Source: Actinomycetota bacterium
GTDB taxonomy: Bacteria; Actinomycetota; Acidimicrobiia; Acidimicrobiales; Ilumatobacteraceae
DNA: 64,000 nt
NCBI GenBank assembly: GCA_027731085.1
Contig: JAQCDG010000001.1
Coordinates: 5,179 to 69,178 of the forward strand
Reading direction: 5' to 3'
Below the pieces are notes generated by a model, which worked only from the letters and a program-made list of their open reading frames with translations, did no database searches and was not told the DNA's origin. Positions 32,302 to 41,263 of this stretch are shown here, piece by piece. Each line of letters opens with the position of its first letter. Position 1 is the first letter of the stretch. The position numbers were made by a program, and so were the translations under genes.

Positions 32302-33500
32302 GGCAAGAACCCACCGGCTCGTGCTGCTTCAACATTTCTTTCGTGATCTTCAATCTTTGCCGCGAATGTGTGACCACCCTTGTCGTCACTCAACACGTAG
32401 AAAATAAATGCACAATTCACAGCCCGCTTTATTCCCTTGCACATCGGGTCGCTCAGCGGCGGATTCGGTGCGGGGTTCAGCGCGGCACGAATAGCAGCAC
32501 GACCAGGGTTTGCAATTGGTGTCGGCGGCAAGCCATTTGATAAATATGAGTTGTACGGGCTGTCAATTGCTTTCAAATCACTGAAAGATGCATTTGGGTC
32601 GGTGTTGTAATAAAGCGTTGCGTCAATCTGCAACGGCATGCCGCGATCTAGACGATTGTAAATAACCCTCGAAATTTTGGCACGATCAACTTCGAGCTTC
32701 GCTTCACGCTCGATCAATGATGCGATGATCAAAACCTCGTAAGGCGACCGACCTACCTTTGACTTTGCCTGGTCGAGCCCTTCTTGAATTCCGACGCGCT
32801 CCATCAATCGAAGCATCCGGTCAACAACGGTCGAAGATGCTTCGTCGCCCGAAACTTGATAAGTATCCGGAAACAGCAAACCTTCTAATCGAAATGCCGC
32901 TCCATCTAGACGACTCGGGTCATTTGGTCCAAAACTTGAGACGAAGTCTGGATTGCTGGCAGCCGACAAAAAATCTTGCGCTGTGATTCTTGAAGTCTTC
33001 TCTTCAATTCGTGACGCCATCTTGGCAATAGTGAAACCTTCAGGAAACGTGACCTTGGTGAAGGTCGCGGACGGGCTGGTGTTCAATAGTTTTTGAATAT
33101 TGCCTACATGGCTTCGCGGAGTTAAAAGGTAATAGCCGGGCTGCAGATCGATTCCGCCGTTGCGTGCAACATAAAATTGAAATACTCGTGCATTGACAAT
33201 GAAACCTTCAGTTTCAAGTCTGCGGCTCACGGTCACGAGCGTGTCGTTGGGGTTAACCGTGAAATTTGTCGCAACTTGCGAGACTCCCGACACCGAATCT
33301 GGCGGATTCAATTGCCGCAAATACCAAAGTCCGCCACATACGAGCGAGACCACAACCGTCATCACCACGGCGAGAGCGATGTACACAGTTCGCGAATCTG
33401 GGCGACGCTCATTGCCTAATTCTTCGAACTCACTATCACCCCACGCATCTGGGCCATCCCAAGCATCTTCCTGCCAGATCTTAGTGCCATCACTTTTCAT
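32298..33500 (-). CDS. mltG: endolytic murein transglycosylase MltG (YceG family)
   Basis: 400 aa with an N-terminal cytoplasmic tail plus one TM, ILIIASLIEREA, and YNSYLSNGLPPTPIANPG. Confidence 0.88.
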   Translation of the reverse strand: MKSDGTKIWQEDAWDGPDAWGDSEFEELGNERRPDSRTVYIALAVVMTVVVSLVCGGLWYLRQLNPPDSVSGVSQVATNFTVNPNDTLVTVSRRLETEGFIVNARVFQFYVARNGGIDLQPGYYLLTPRSHVGNIQKLLNTSPSATFTKVTFPEGFTIAKMASRIEEKTSRITAQDFLSAASNPDFVSSFGPNDPSRLDGAAFRLEGLLFPDTYQVSGDEASSTVVDRMLRLMERVGIQEGLDQAKSKVGRSPYEVLIIASLIEREAKLEVDRAKISRVIYNRLDRGMPLQIDATLYYNTDPNASFSDLKAIDSPYNSYLSNGLPPTPIANPGRAAIRAALNPAPNPPLSDPMCKGIKRAVNCAFIFYVLSDDKGGHTFAAKIEDHERNVEAARAGGFLP

Positions 33501-33922
33501 TTTTGATGCCGATCAACATGATCTAGCCAGCCTTGCAGCATCACCGCGGCAGCAATTTTGTCGACTATGCGACGACGCGCCTGAGCTTTCATGTTCGCCT
33601 GCATCATCGACTCGTTGGCAGTTTTTGAAGTAAGCCTCTCGTCATATGAATAGACAGGCACGCTAAGAACCGTTTGCATCTCTTTGATTTCGTCTTGAGC
33701 GCTTTTTGCCGCCGGCCCAACTTTGCCAGACATGCTCAACGGCATTCCGACCACGACACAGTCGACCTCATATTCACTAATCAATTCTTGAATCTTTTTG
33801 TGATCTTGACCGTGATTGGCAGATCTCACCACCACAGTCAAAGGCGAAGCAATAACACCACTGCTGTCGCTCATTGCAACTCCGATTCTTCGCGTGCCAA
33901 GATCGATGCCGAGGCTACGCAT
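33497..33922 (-). CDS. ruvX: Holliday junction resolvase-like nuclease RuvX (YqgF)
   Basis: Starts MRSLGIDLGTRRIGVAMSD.. I chose the internal ATG at 33922, 7 nt after the alaS stop. The longer ORF-track version overlaps alaS. Confidence 0.88.
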   Translation of the reverse strand: MRSLGIDLGTRRIGVAMSDSSGVIASPLTVVVRSANHGQDHKKIQELISEYEVDCVVVGMPLSMSGKVGPAAKSAQDEIKEMQTVLSVPVYSYDERLTSKTANESMMQANMKAQARRRIVDKIAAAVMLQGWLDHVDRHQK

Positions 33923-33929
33923 TGAAGAC

Positions 33930-36548
33930 TTAGACAATGTTGCTGGATGCTTGCGTTGCTGCGAGCAATGCATCGTCGAGAGCACTTGCATTCTTTCCGC
34001 CTGCTGTTGCGATATCGCCCTTGCCACCGCCACCGCCACCGACCAACTTTGCTGCTTGACTTATTAAGTCACCTGCCGAAGTCTTGATGCCCGCGCCAGT
34101 CGCCGCGACCAAAGCCACGCCACCAGTCGGTGTGACACCACCGAGCACCACGGCCTTAATTTCTTTGTGCGCTCGAATTGCAAGTGCCAACTCTCTCAAG
34201 TCACCAGGCGCCAACGCATCAACTCGCTGCACGACGACACCGTCTAAATGTTTGCTAATAAATTCGCTGGCACGACTGCGGGCTGTTGCAGAGCGCAGCG
34301 CTTTAAGTTCATCAGTGAGCTCTTTTACTTCGGCTATCTTGCGCGACATCGCATCAACGAGGGCAGCAGAATTGGTATCTAACAGCTCGTTGAGTTTTTG
34401 TATCGTGCGCGCAGTTGTGATTACATAGTCGACTGCATTTTGTCCGGTAACCGCCTCAATGCGTCGGAGGTTCGAGCCGATCGAACCTTCTTCAACAATT
34501 TTTATTAGACCGATATCGCCCGTGGCAAATGCATGTGTGCCTCCGCATAACTCGATTGAGTCACCTGCTTCAAGAACTCGCACCATCTCGCCGTACTTGT
34601 CACCAAAAAAAGCGATGGCACCGGCTTTTGTCGCTTTCTCTTTTGAAGTTTCGTAATTTTTCACATTAGCATTGTTCAAAACTTGCGCATTTGCAATGCG
34701 CTCAATCTGCTCGATTTCGACATTTGACAGTGGTGCATAATGACTAAAGTCAAAACGCAACCGCTCGGCAGAAACCAGAGAACCAGCTTGCTTGACATGA
34801 TCACCCAACACTTCACGAAGCGCATAATGCAAAATATGGGTCGCAGTATGATTCTTTCTGGTCGCATTTCGCAGATCACTGTTTATCGTCGCTGTTACTT
34901 CGGCGCCATCAGAGATTTCACCCGACAATACGCCGATGTGCTTACGTAAGCCAGGCAAAGCAAACACCGTGTCTGTCACTTTGATTTCACCACTCACGCA
35001 ACGAATCATGCCTCGGTCTCCGACTTGACCTCCACTCTCAGCGTAAAACGGCGTCACATCTAAGAACACTTCTACGTGAGACTCGTCGAGAGCAATCAAC
35101 GACAACACTTTTGCTTCGCATGCGTCATCTTCGTAACCCACAAACTTTGTTTGTCCGTAAGTATCAAGCAGCATGCGATATTGCGCCAAGGTCTCATCGG
35201 CGGTAGCCGCACCCTTGCGTGCAGCCTTTGCGCGTGTTCTTTGTGCATTCATTTCTGTCTCAAATTCGTCGTTGTCGACATTAATGTTGCGCTCGCCGGC
35301 TATTTCTTGGGTCAACTCGAGTGGGAAGCCATATGTGTCGTGCAATACGAATGCGCTCTTGCCACTAAGTATCGATTTCTTTTTAGACGATTTGATCGCA
35401 GTGAACTCGTTCTCGAGGAGGGTCAGGCCGTTCTTCAAGGTCTGCCTGAAACTCTCTTCTTCTCTGGTCAACACACCAAGAATGAAATCTTTGTTCGATT
35501 TCAAAGTCGGATGTGCCTCTTGCATTATTTCAACTGCTGTTTCGACAAGTTTGGGCATCACCAACTTGTCGGTGCCGAGCAAATAGGCATGGCGAACTGC
35601 CCGTCTAAAAATACGGCGCAGAACATATCCGCGTCCTTCGTTGCTCGGAAACACGCCATCGTTAACCAGCATTGTTGCCGAACGAGCATGCTCAGCGAGC
35701 ACACGCAGTGAGAAACTCGAACGGTCTTCATAATCGCCGACAATATATTTCTTTGAAGTCGCCGACTGTGCTTGCTCAATCAACGGAAACAAGACATCTG
35801 TCTCCCAAATCGAATCTTTGCCTTGCTTCAAAGCCAAGATTCGCTCCAACCCTGCGCCAGTATCAATCGATGGCTTAGGCAACGGTGTGCGGCTGCCGTC
35901 TTTGTCTTGATTGAACTGCATGAAGACAAGATTCCAGAACTCTAAAAATCGATCGCCTTGCGGATCATTGAGTGGGCCGCCATCTGGTCCGAAAGAAGGA
36001 CCTCGATCAATATGAATCTCAGAACATGGACCGCACGGTCCTGTCTCACCCATCTGCCAAAAATTGTCGGCGTCGCCAAGGCGCTGAATTCGATTCATCG
36101 GCACGCCAACTTGTTCATGCCAAATCTGCTCGGCCTCATCGTCGCTTTCGTGAACGGTTATCCATAGTTGATCACCGTCAAAACCAAACACTTCGGTGAC
36201 TAACTCCCAGCTCCACGGGATCGCATCAGATTTGAAGTAGTCGCCAAAACTAAAGTTACCGAGCATCTCGAAGAACACGCAGTGTCGCTTTGTTCGACCA
36301 ACATCATCCAAATCGTTATGTTTGCCACCTGCCCGTGCGCATTTCTGGACACTCACTGCCCGCTTATACGGTGCCACTTCATCACCAACAAAATATGGTT
36401 TGAATGGCACCATGCCCGCCACCGTGAACAGAATCGTCGGGTCATGTGGAATCAAACTGGCTGATTCAACTTTGGTATGGCCGCGCTGTTCAAAAAAACC
36501 AGTAAACGCGCTTCTAAGTTCGTTCGCCGTGCGAATTTCAGCCGCCAT
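33930..36548 (-). CDS. alaS: alanine--tRNA ligase
   Basis: About 872 aa with FFEMLGNFSFGDYFK, the editing-domain motifs HTATHIL and CGGTH, and a C-terminal DHHA1-like GGGGGKGDIATAGG. ATG at 36548 is preferred over the in-frame TTG at 36557. Confidence 0.96.
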   Translation of the reverse strand: MAAEIRTANELRSAFTGFFEQRGHTKVESASLIPHDPTILFTVAGMVPFKPYFVGDEVAPYKRAVSVQKCARAGGKHNDLDDVGRTKRHCVFFEMLGNFSFGDYFKSDAIPWSWELVTEVFGFDGDQLWITVHESDDEAEQIWHEQVGVPMNRIQRLGDADNFWQMGETGPCGPCSEIHIDRGPSFGPDGGPLNDPQGDRFLEFWNLVFMQFNQDKDGSRTPLPKPSIDTGAGLERILALKQGKDSIWETDVLFPLIEQAQSATSKKYIVGDYEDRSSFSLRVLAEHARSATMLVNDGVFPSNEGRGYVLRRIFRRAVRHAYLLGTDKLVMPKLVETAVEIMQEAHPTLKSNKDFILGVLTREEESFRQTLKNGLTLLENEFTAIKSSKKKSILSGKSAFVLHDTYGFPLELTQEIAGERNINVDNDEFETEMNAQRTRAKAARKGAATADETLAQYRMLLDTYGQTKFVGYEDDACEAKVLSLIALDESHVEVFLDVTPFYAESGGQVGDRGMIRCVSGEIKVTDTVFALPGLRKHIGVLSGEISDGAEVTATINSDLRNATRKNHTATHILHYALREVLGDHVKQAGSLVSAERLRFDFSHYAPLSNVEIEQIERIANAQVLNNANVKNYETSKEKATKAGAIAFFGDKYGEMVRVLEAGDSIELCGGTHAFATGDIGLIKIVEEGSIGSNLRRIEAVTGQNAVDYVITTARTIQKLNELLDTNSAALVDAMSRKIAEVKELTDELKALRSATARSRASEFISKHLDGVVVQRVDALAPGDLRELALAIRAHKEIKAVVLGGVTPTGGVALVAATGAGIKTSAGDLISQAAKLVGGGGGGKGDIATAGGKNASALDDALLAATQASSNIV

Positions 36549-36592
36549 AAACGACAAGCCTACTATTCGCCCTCTGACGCAAAGCGTCAGGT

Positions 36593-36886
36593 TTAGTTCA
36601 ACGAAATATCAGACTGCTTTATTGTTGCGTCGAATTCAGGCTCGAAGTCAATTTTGTTAACAAAGATCTTCTCAAGTTCTCGGTCGTTAAGTGTTTGGCT
36701 ACCCGAGTAGCCCTGCCAAAGACCTTGCACATACTCTTTGACCACATCAAAAATCTCGATGAATTTTTCGATCAATGCATCAGTCGAAAACTGTTCTGGG
36801 TTCTCGGCGGCTTTCTTTTTAAAATAGTTCACGCCGAATACTGCAAGCGCAACACCGAGAAGTATCCAGAAAAATCGTTTAATCAT
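36593..36886 (-). CDS. small single-pass membrane protein, function unknown
   Basis: 97 aa with N-terminal TM (MIKRFFWILLGVALAVFGVNYF) and an acidic C-terminal part. The ATG overlaps the rarA stop by 8 nt and the ORF fills the rarA-alaS gap exactly. I recognise no family. Confidence 0.5.
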   Translation of the reverse strand: MIKRFFWILLGVALAVFGVNYFKKKAAENPEQFSTDALIEKFIEIFDVVKEYVQGLWQGYSGSQTLNDRELEKIFVNKIDFEPEFDATIKQSDISLN

Positions 36887-38186
36887 TTCTGTTTACGCTA
36901 TTCATTTTCTCGGCAATTTCACACTCGCTACCGTGATTTGAGGGCTGATAGTAATCACCGCGTATCTCAGGAGAACCTGGCTTTGACTCGGGCATGTATT
37001 GCTGTTCAACAAAGCCTCTTGGGTCGTCATGTGGATAAACATAACCAACCCCGTGACCAAACTCGCTTGCACCTTCGTAATGCCCATCTCGAAGATGGGT
37101 TGGTACTTCGCTATTGACACCGCGCTGTATGTCTTGGCGAGCTGACCAAATGCCAAGTGCAACCCGATTGCTTTTTGGGGCGGTTGCCAAGTAAACAACT
37201 GCTTGAGCCAAGTTAAGTTGCGCCTCGGGCAGACCCACATGCTCAAGTGCGCTTGCCGCGGCAACTGCAACAACCAAGGCATTCGAATCAGCCATACCAA
37301 TGTCTTCACTCGCCAAAATAACCAGTCGTCTGGCGATGAATCGAGCGTCGTCTCCCGACTCAAGCATTCGTGCAAGCCAAAATAAACCAGCCTGCGGATT
37401 CGAACCTCGAATACTTTTGATGAATGCAGACACGACGTCATAGTGATCATCTCTGCCGTAGCGCAGCGCACTTACACCGAGCGCCGCATCAACTTGTTTT
37501 ACAGTGACATGCCGACTATTTTCATGCGACAGCGCGCACGCCACTTCGAGCGCCGTCAACGCCTGTCGTGCATCGCCACCGCAACGCTGAGCCAAAGCGT
37601 CTAACGCATCTTCGTCTGCCGTTACAGACTCGGCGACAACTCCCCGTTTGAGCAACTCTTTGACATCACCGACGAGCAAAGGCTCGAGCCGAAACAAAGT
37701 TGAGCGACTTCGAAGCGGAGCATTGATTTCAAAATATGGATTTTCAGTGGTCGCACCAATCAATGTAATTACGCCTGCCTCAACTGAAGGCAACAACGCA
37801 TCTTGTTGCGATGTCGAAAAACGATGAATCTCGTCGATAAACACAATCGTTCCTCGGCCAAATTGTCCGAGTCGCTCTGCGGCTCGTTCGATAACTTCGC
37901 GTACATCTTTGACTCCGGCGCTAACGGCCGAAAGTCTTTCAAAGTAACGATTGGTCGTCAGAGCAATGACTTCGGCCAAAGTTGTTTTACCCGTGCCTGG
38001 TGGACCCCAAAAAATCAACGAAGAAAGTCGATCACCTTCAATCAGCACTCGTAGCGGAGAATCTTTTGCGACAAGATGTCGCTGCCCGACAACGTCATCT
38101 AGTGATCTTGGCCGCATTCTGGCAGCGAGTGGTGCTTGCGACTTCAGTCGTTCAGCAGCCGCGGCGCTGAACAAGTCGTTTTTCAT
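36879..38186 (-). CDS. rarA: replication-associated recombination protein A (MgsA/RarA AAA+ ATPase)
   Basis: 435 aa with GPPGTGKTTLA, VFIDEIHRF and IRGSNPQAGLFWLARM. Confidence 0.93.
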   Translation of the reverse strand: MKNDLFSAAAAERLKSQAPLAARMRPRSLDDVVGQRHLVAKDSPLRVLIEGDRLSSLIFWGPPGTGKTTLAEVIALTTNRYFERLSAVSAGVKDVREVIERAAERLGQFGRGTIVFIDEIHRFSTSQQDALLPSVEAGVITLIGATTENPYFEINAPLRSRSTLFRLEPLLVGDVKELLKRGVVAESVTADEDALDALAQRCGGDARQALTALEVACALSHENSRHVTVKQVDAALGVSALRYGRDDHYDVVSAFIKSIRGSNPQAGLFWLARMLESGDDARFIARRLVILASEDIGMADSNALVVAVAAASALEHVGLPEAQLNLAQAVVYLATAPKSNRVALGIWSARQDIQRGVNSEVPTHLRDGHYEGASEFGHGVGYVYPHDDPRGFVEQQYMPESKPGSPEIRGDYYQPSNHGSECEIAEKMNSVNRND

Positions 38187-39955
38187 TTTGCGGCTGGTGG
38201 CAACAGCCTGATGCCCAATTCATTTAATTGATTTGGGTTGACTGTCGTCGGCGCATTAGTCATCGGATCTGAACCTGATTGGGTTTTTGGAAACGCGATC
38301 ACTTCGCGAATGTTGTCTTCTCCTGCCAATATCGCAACCAAACGGTCGATGCCGAACGCGAAACCCCCGTGCGGCGGCGCGCCATATTTGAATGGCTGCA
38401 AAAAGAAACCAAACCTATTGTCAGCATCTTCATCAGAAATGCCCAGTTGTCGAAACACACGGCGTTGCAACTCTGGCTCATGAATTCGAATTGAACCCGA
38501 CCCTAACTCCCATCCATTCAGAACCAGGTCATATGCCAAAGCACGAACCGATAACGGTTCACTCTCGAGGCGATCAACATCTTCATGATGCGGGTGACAA
38601 AACGGATGATGACCTGGTTGCGGCAACTTCGTCGTTGGGTTGATGCCGACGAACATCGGAAAGTCAACCACCCATACATATCTATATGGGCCCTCGTGCA
38701 CCGGCGGTCGACCTAGATCATTGCGCAACTGCCCCAAGACTGTGCAAGTGGTCGACCAACTATCGGCAACGATCAAAATCAAGTCGCCGACTTCGGCTTT
38801 TGTTCGCGAGATCAATTCGCTTTGCTCTTGTGCCGACAAAAATTTTGCAACCGGCGACTCGAGCACCAGACCTTCAGCAACTTTCAACCAAACGAGACCC
38901 TTGGCGCCGATCTTTTTGGCTTTATCAGTCAAGGCATCGAGCTTGTTACGACCTGACGCAGCCTGTTGCGGATAATCGGCCCCGCGCACACAAATTGCCT
39001 TTATCGATTCGGCGGCGGCAAAAGCCTTGAACTCGGTCTTTGCGAACACACTCGTAAGTTCAATCAGTTTCATTTCGAATCGCAAGTCGGGCTTATCAAT
39101 GCCGTAACTGTTCATTGCATCATGCCATGTCATGCGTTCAATCGGCGGCGGTTCTGAACCAGTTGCTGCTTTTGCGGCGGCAATGACCGCTGTTGAAATC
39201 ATCGCCATAACATCGTCTTTATTGACGAAACTCATCTCGGCATCGAGTTGCATGAACTCGTATTGACGGTCTGCACGTAAGTCTTCGTCACGCAAACATT
39301 TGGCAATTTGGTAATAGCGGTCGATACCCGCAACCATCAACAGCTGTTTCCACAATTGTGGAGACTGAGGCAACGCATAGAACGAACCAGGTTCGTTGCG
39401 CGAAGGCACCAAAAACTCTCTGGCGCCCTCTGGTGTGCTCGGCATCAAAAGTGGCGTCTCGATCTCGGTAAAACCTTGTGACTCCATTGACTTGCGAATA
39501 GCCGAATTCACGGCCGCTCGCAAGCGCAAATTCTTTTGCATTCTCTCGCGTCGTATATCTAAGTAGCGAAATTTGAGGCGAACATTTTCGTCAACATCAT
39601 CGCCACGTTGGTCAATCGGAAACGGAGGTGGTTCGGCATTGTTCAAGACTTCGATCGCACAATCGGCAAGTTCAACCTTGCCCGTCGGGATGTTTTCGTT
39701 GACCGTGCCCGCGGGTCGCGCCTGCACAGTGCCAGTAACTCGGATCACCCATTCGCTTCTTACATCAACCGAGTTATCGACAACACATTGAACGATGCCA
39801 CTGAAATCGCGCAGGTCCAAAAATGCAAGATGCTCGCCGTGTTCACGACGCCGACCAACCCAACCACACAAGGTCACTTTTTGACCGATGTTTTCGACAC
39901 GCATGTCTCCGCACAAGTGAGTTCTGAGTGCCGTGCTGTTGATATTTTGAACCAT
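38183..39955 (-). CDS. aspS: aspartate--tRNA ligase
   Basis: Has LRTHLCGDMR..VTLCGWV (OB domain), FRYLDIRR and GFAFGIDRLV. ATG at 39955 lies 13 nt after the hisS stop. The ORF-track start at 40003 would overlap hisS. Confidence 0.95.
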   Translation of the reverse strand: MVQNINSTALRTHLCGDMRVENIGQKVTLCGWVGRRREHGEHLAFLDLRDFSGIVQCVVDNSVDVRSEWVIRVTGTVQARPAGTVNENIPTGKVELADCAIEVLNNAEPPPFPIDQRGDDVDENVRLKFRYLDIRRERMQKNLRLRAAVNSAIRKSMESQGFTEIETPLLMPSTPEGAREFLVPSRNEPGSFYALPQSPQLWKQLLMVAGIDRYYQIAKCLRDEDLRADRQYEFMQLDAEMSFVNKDDVMAMISTAVIAAAKAATGSEPPPIERMTWHDAMNSYGIDKPDLRFEMKLIELTSVFAKTEFKAFAAAESIKAICVRGADYPQQAASGRNKLDALTDKAKKIGAKGLVWLKVAEGLVLESPVAKFLSAQEQSELISRTKAEVGDLILIVADSWSTTCTVLGQLRNDLGRPPVHEGPYRYVWVVDFPMFVGINPTTKLPQPGHHPFCHPHHEDVDRLESEPLSVRALAYDLVLNGWELGSGSIRIHEPELQRRVFRQLGISDEDADNRFGFFLQPFKYGAPPHGGFAFGIDRLVAILAGEDNIREVIAFPKTQSGSDPMTNAPTTVNPNQLNELGIRLLPPAAK

Positions 39956-39968
39956 TAGTTTTGTGCTT

Positions 39969-41225
39969 TCACTTTTTATCCAGGGCCTTGCGAACTTCGC
40001 CAAGCAGATCTTTACGAGAAATTGAATATTGCTCGCCAGAACCCATCGGCCGTAACATTATGGTCGCGTTTTCAACTTCTTCAGAGCCAATTATCAGCGC
40101 AATTCGCGCACCGCTGCGATCAGCCGACTTCATCTGGGCTTTCATACTGCGTAGGTCATATGCACGGTCTGCGCGAATCTCGTTCTTGCGCAATAGATGA
40201 CAGAGTTCATGTGCATGGCGACCGTCGACCGTATCTACGACAAACACATCAACTGCGGTTTCTGGTGCATCGAAAACTTTCTCGGCATCGCAGGCCAGCA
40301 AGGTTCTGTCGAGCCCCAAGGCAAAACCAATGCCAGGCGTCGCTGGCCCACCAAGCGCTTCAACCAGACCGTCATATCGACCGCCACCACCTATCGCCGT
40401 GTGCGCTGATTCGAGTGCCGTCGAAGTGAACTCAAAAGTTGTGCGACGGTAATAGTCAAGTCCGCGCACTAGACGATTGTTGATCTCGTAAGTGATGTTC
40501 AACGCATCGAGTGCCATCAGCACGGCCTCAAAGTGTTCGCTCGCTGTCGCGCTGATTGAGTCTCGAATTGCAGGAGCACCTGCGATCACCTGTTGATCTG
40601 GCTCGCGTTTCGAATCGAGCACGCGCAGCGGATTGCGCGCTAACGTTGCGCGGCTATCAGCCGTTAGATCTTTTTCGTTTGAAGAGAAATACTCGAGAAG
40701 CCTTTGCGAGTATTTTTCGCGATCACCCGCATCACCCAAAGTGTTGAGTGACAAGTGAACTTTTTGCAGACCTAAGTCGGTGTAAAACTTCGATGCCAAG
40801 GCGATGACTTCAGCATCAAGCAACGGATCATCAGCACCGAGCGCCTCTACACCGACTTGATCGAACTGTCGATATCTACCCTGCTGGGGTTTCTCGTAGC
40901 GAAAATTTGGCCCCGCATACCAGACCTTCCATGGCGTGGTCGGTCGATGCTCGACGAATGCTCGACAAACGCTCGCAGTCTGCTCTGGTCGCAATGCAAC
41001 ATGACGACCACCCTTGTCGTGAAAGTCATACATTTCTTTGGTGACAACTTCAGTGGCTTCGCCAAGACGCAAAAAGACGTCTAGATCTTCGAACATCGGC
41101 GGAATGATGTAGTTATAACCAGCAGCCTCAACTGTGCTCGCGAAAACCTGCTGAAAAGCGCGCCAGCGTGCAGAATGAGGCGCCAATATGTCGCGAGTGC
41201 CGGGCGAAGTCTTGAATTCAGGCAC
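39969..41225 (-). CDS. hisS: histidine--tRNA ligase
   Basis: 418 aa with PGTRDILA, LRPEQTASVCRAF, RYRQFDQ and GGGRYDGL. Confidence 0.95.
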   Translation of the reverse strand: MPEFKTSPGTRDILAPHSARWRAFQQVFASTVEAAGYNYIIPPMFEDLDVFLRLGEATEVVTKEMYDFHDKGGRHVALRPEQTASVCRAFVEHRPTTPWKVWYAGPNFRYEKPQQGRYRQFDQVGVEALGADDPLLDAEVIALASKFYTDLGLQKVHLSLNTLGDAGDREKYSQRLLEYFSSNEKDLTADSRATLARNPLRVLDSKREPDQQVIAGAPAIRDSISATASEHFEAVLMALDALNITYEINNRLVRGLDYYRRTTFEFTSTALESAHTAIGGGGRYDGLVEALGGPATPGIGFALGLDRTLLACDAEKVFDAPETAVDVFVVDTVDGRHAHELCHLLRKNEIRADRAYDLRSMKAQMKSADRSGARIALIIGSEEVENATIMLRPMGSGEQYSISRKDLLGEVRKALDKK

Positions 41226-41263
41226 GCGTGAAGGCTAGACGCTTTGGCAACCCAAGCGAATCA

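Noticed and set aside
37396-37406. GGATTCGAACC, the reverse complement of a tRNA T-loop consensus, suggesting a minus-strand tRNA.
   Set aside because: The flanking bases do not form a T-stem (tgcgg versus cctcg) or an acceptor stem. The site lies inside the conserved rarA segment encoding IRGSNPQAGLFWLARM.
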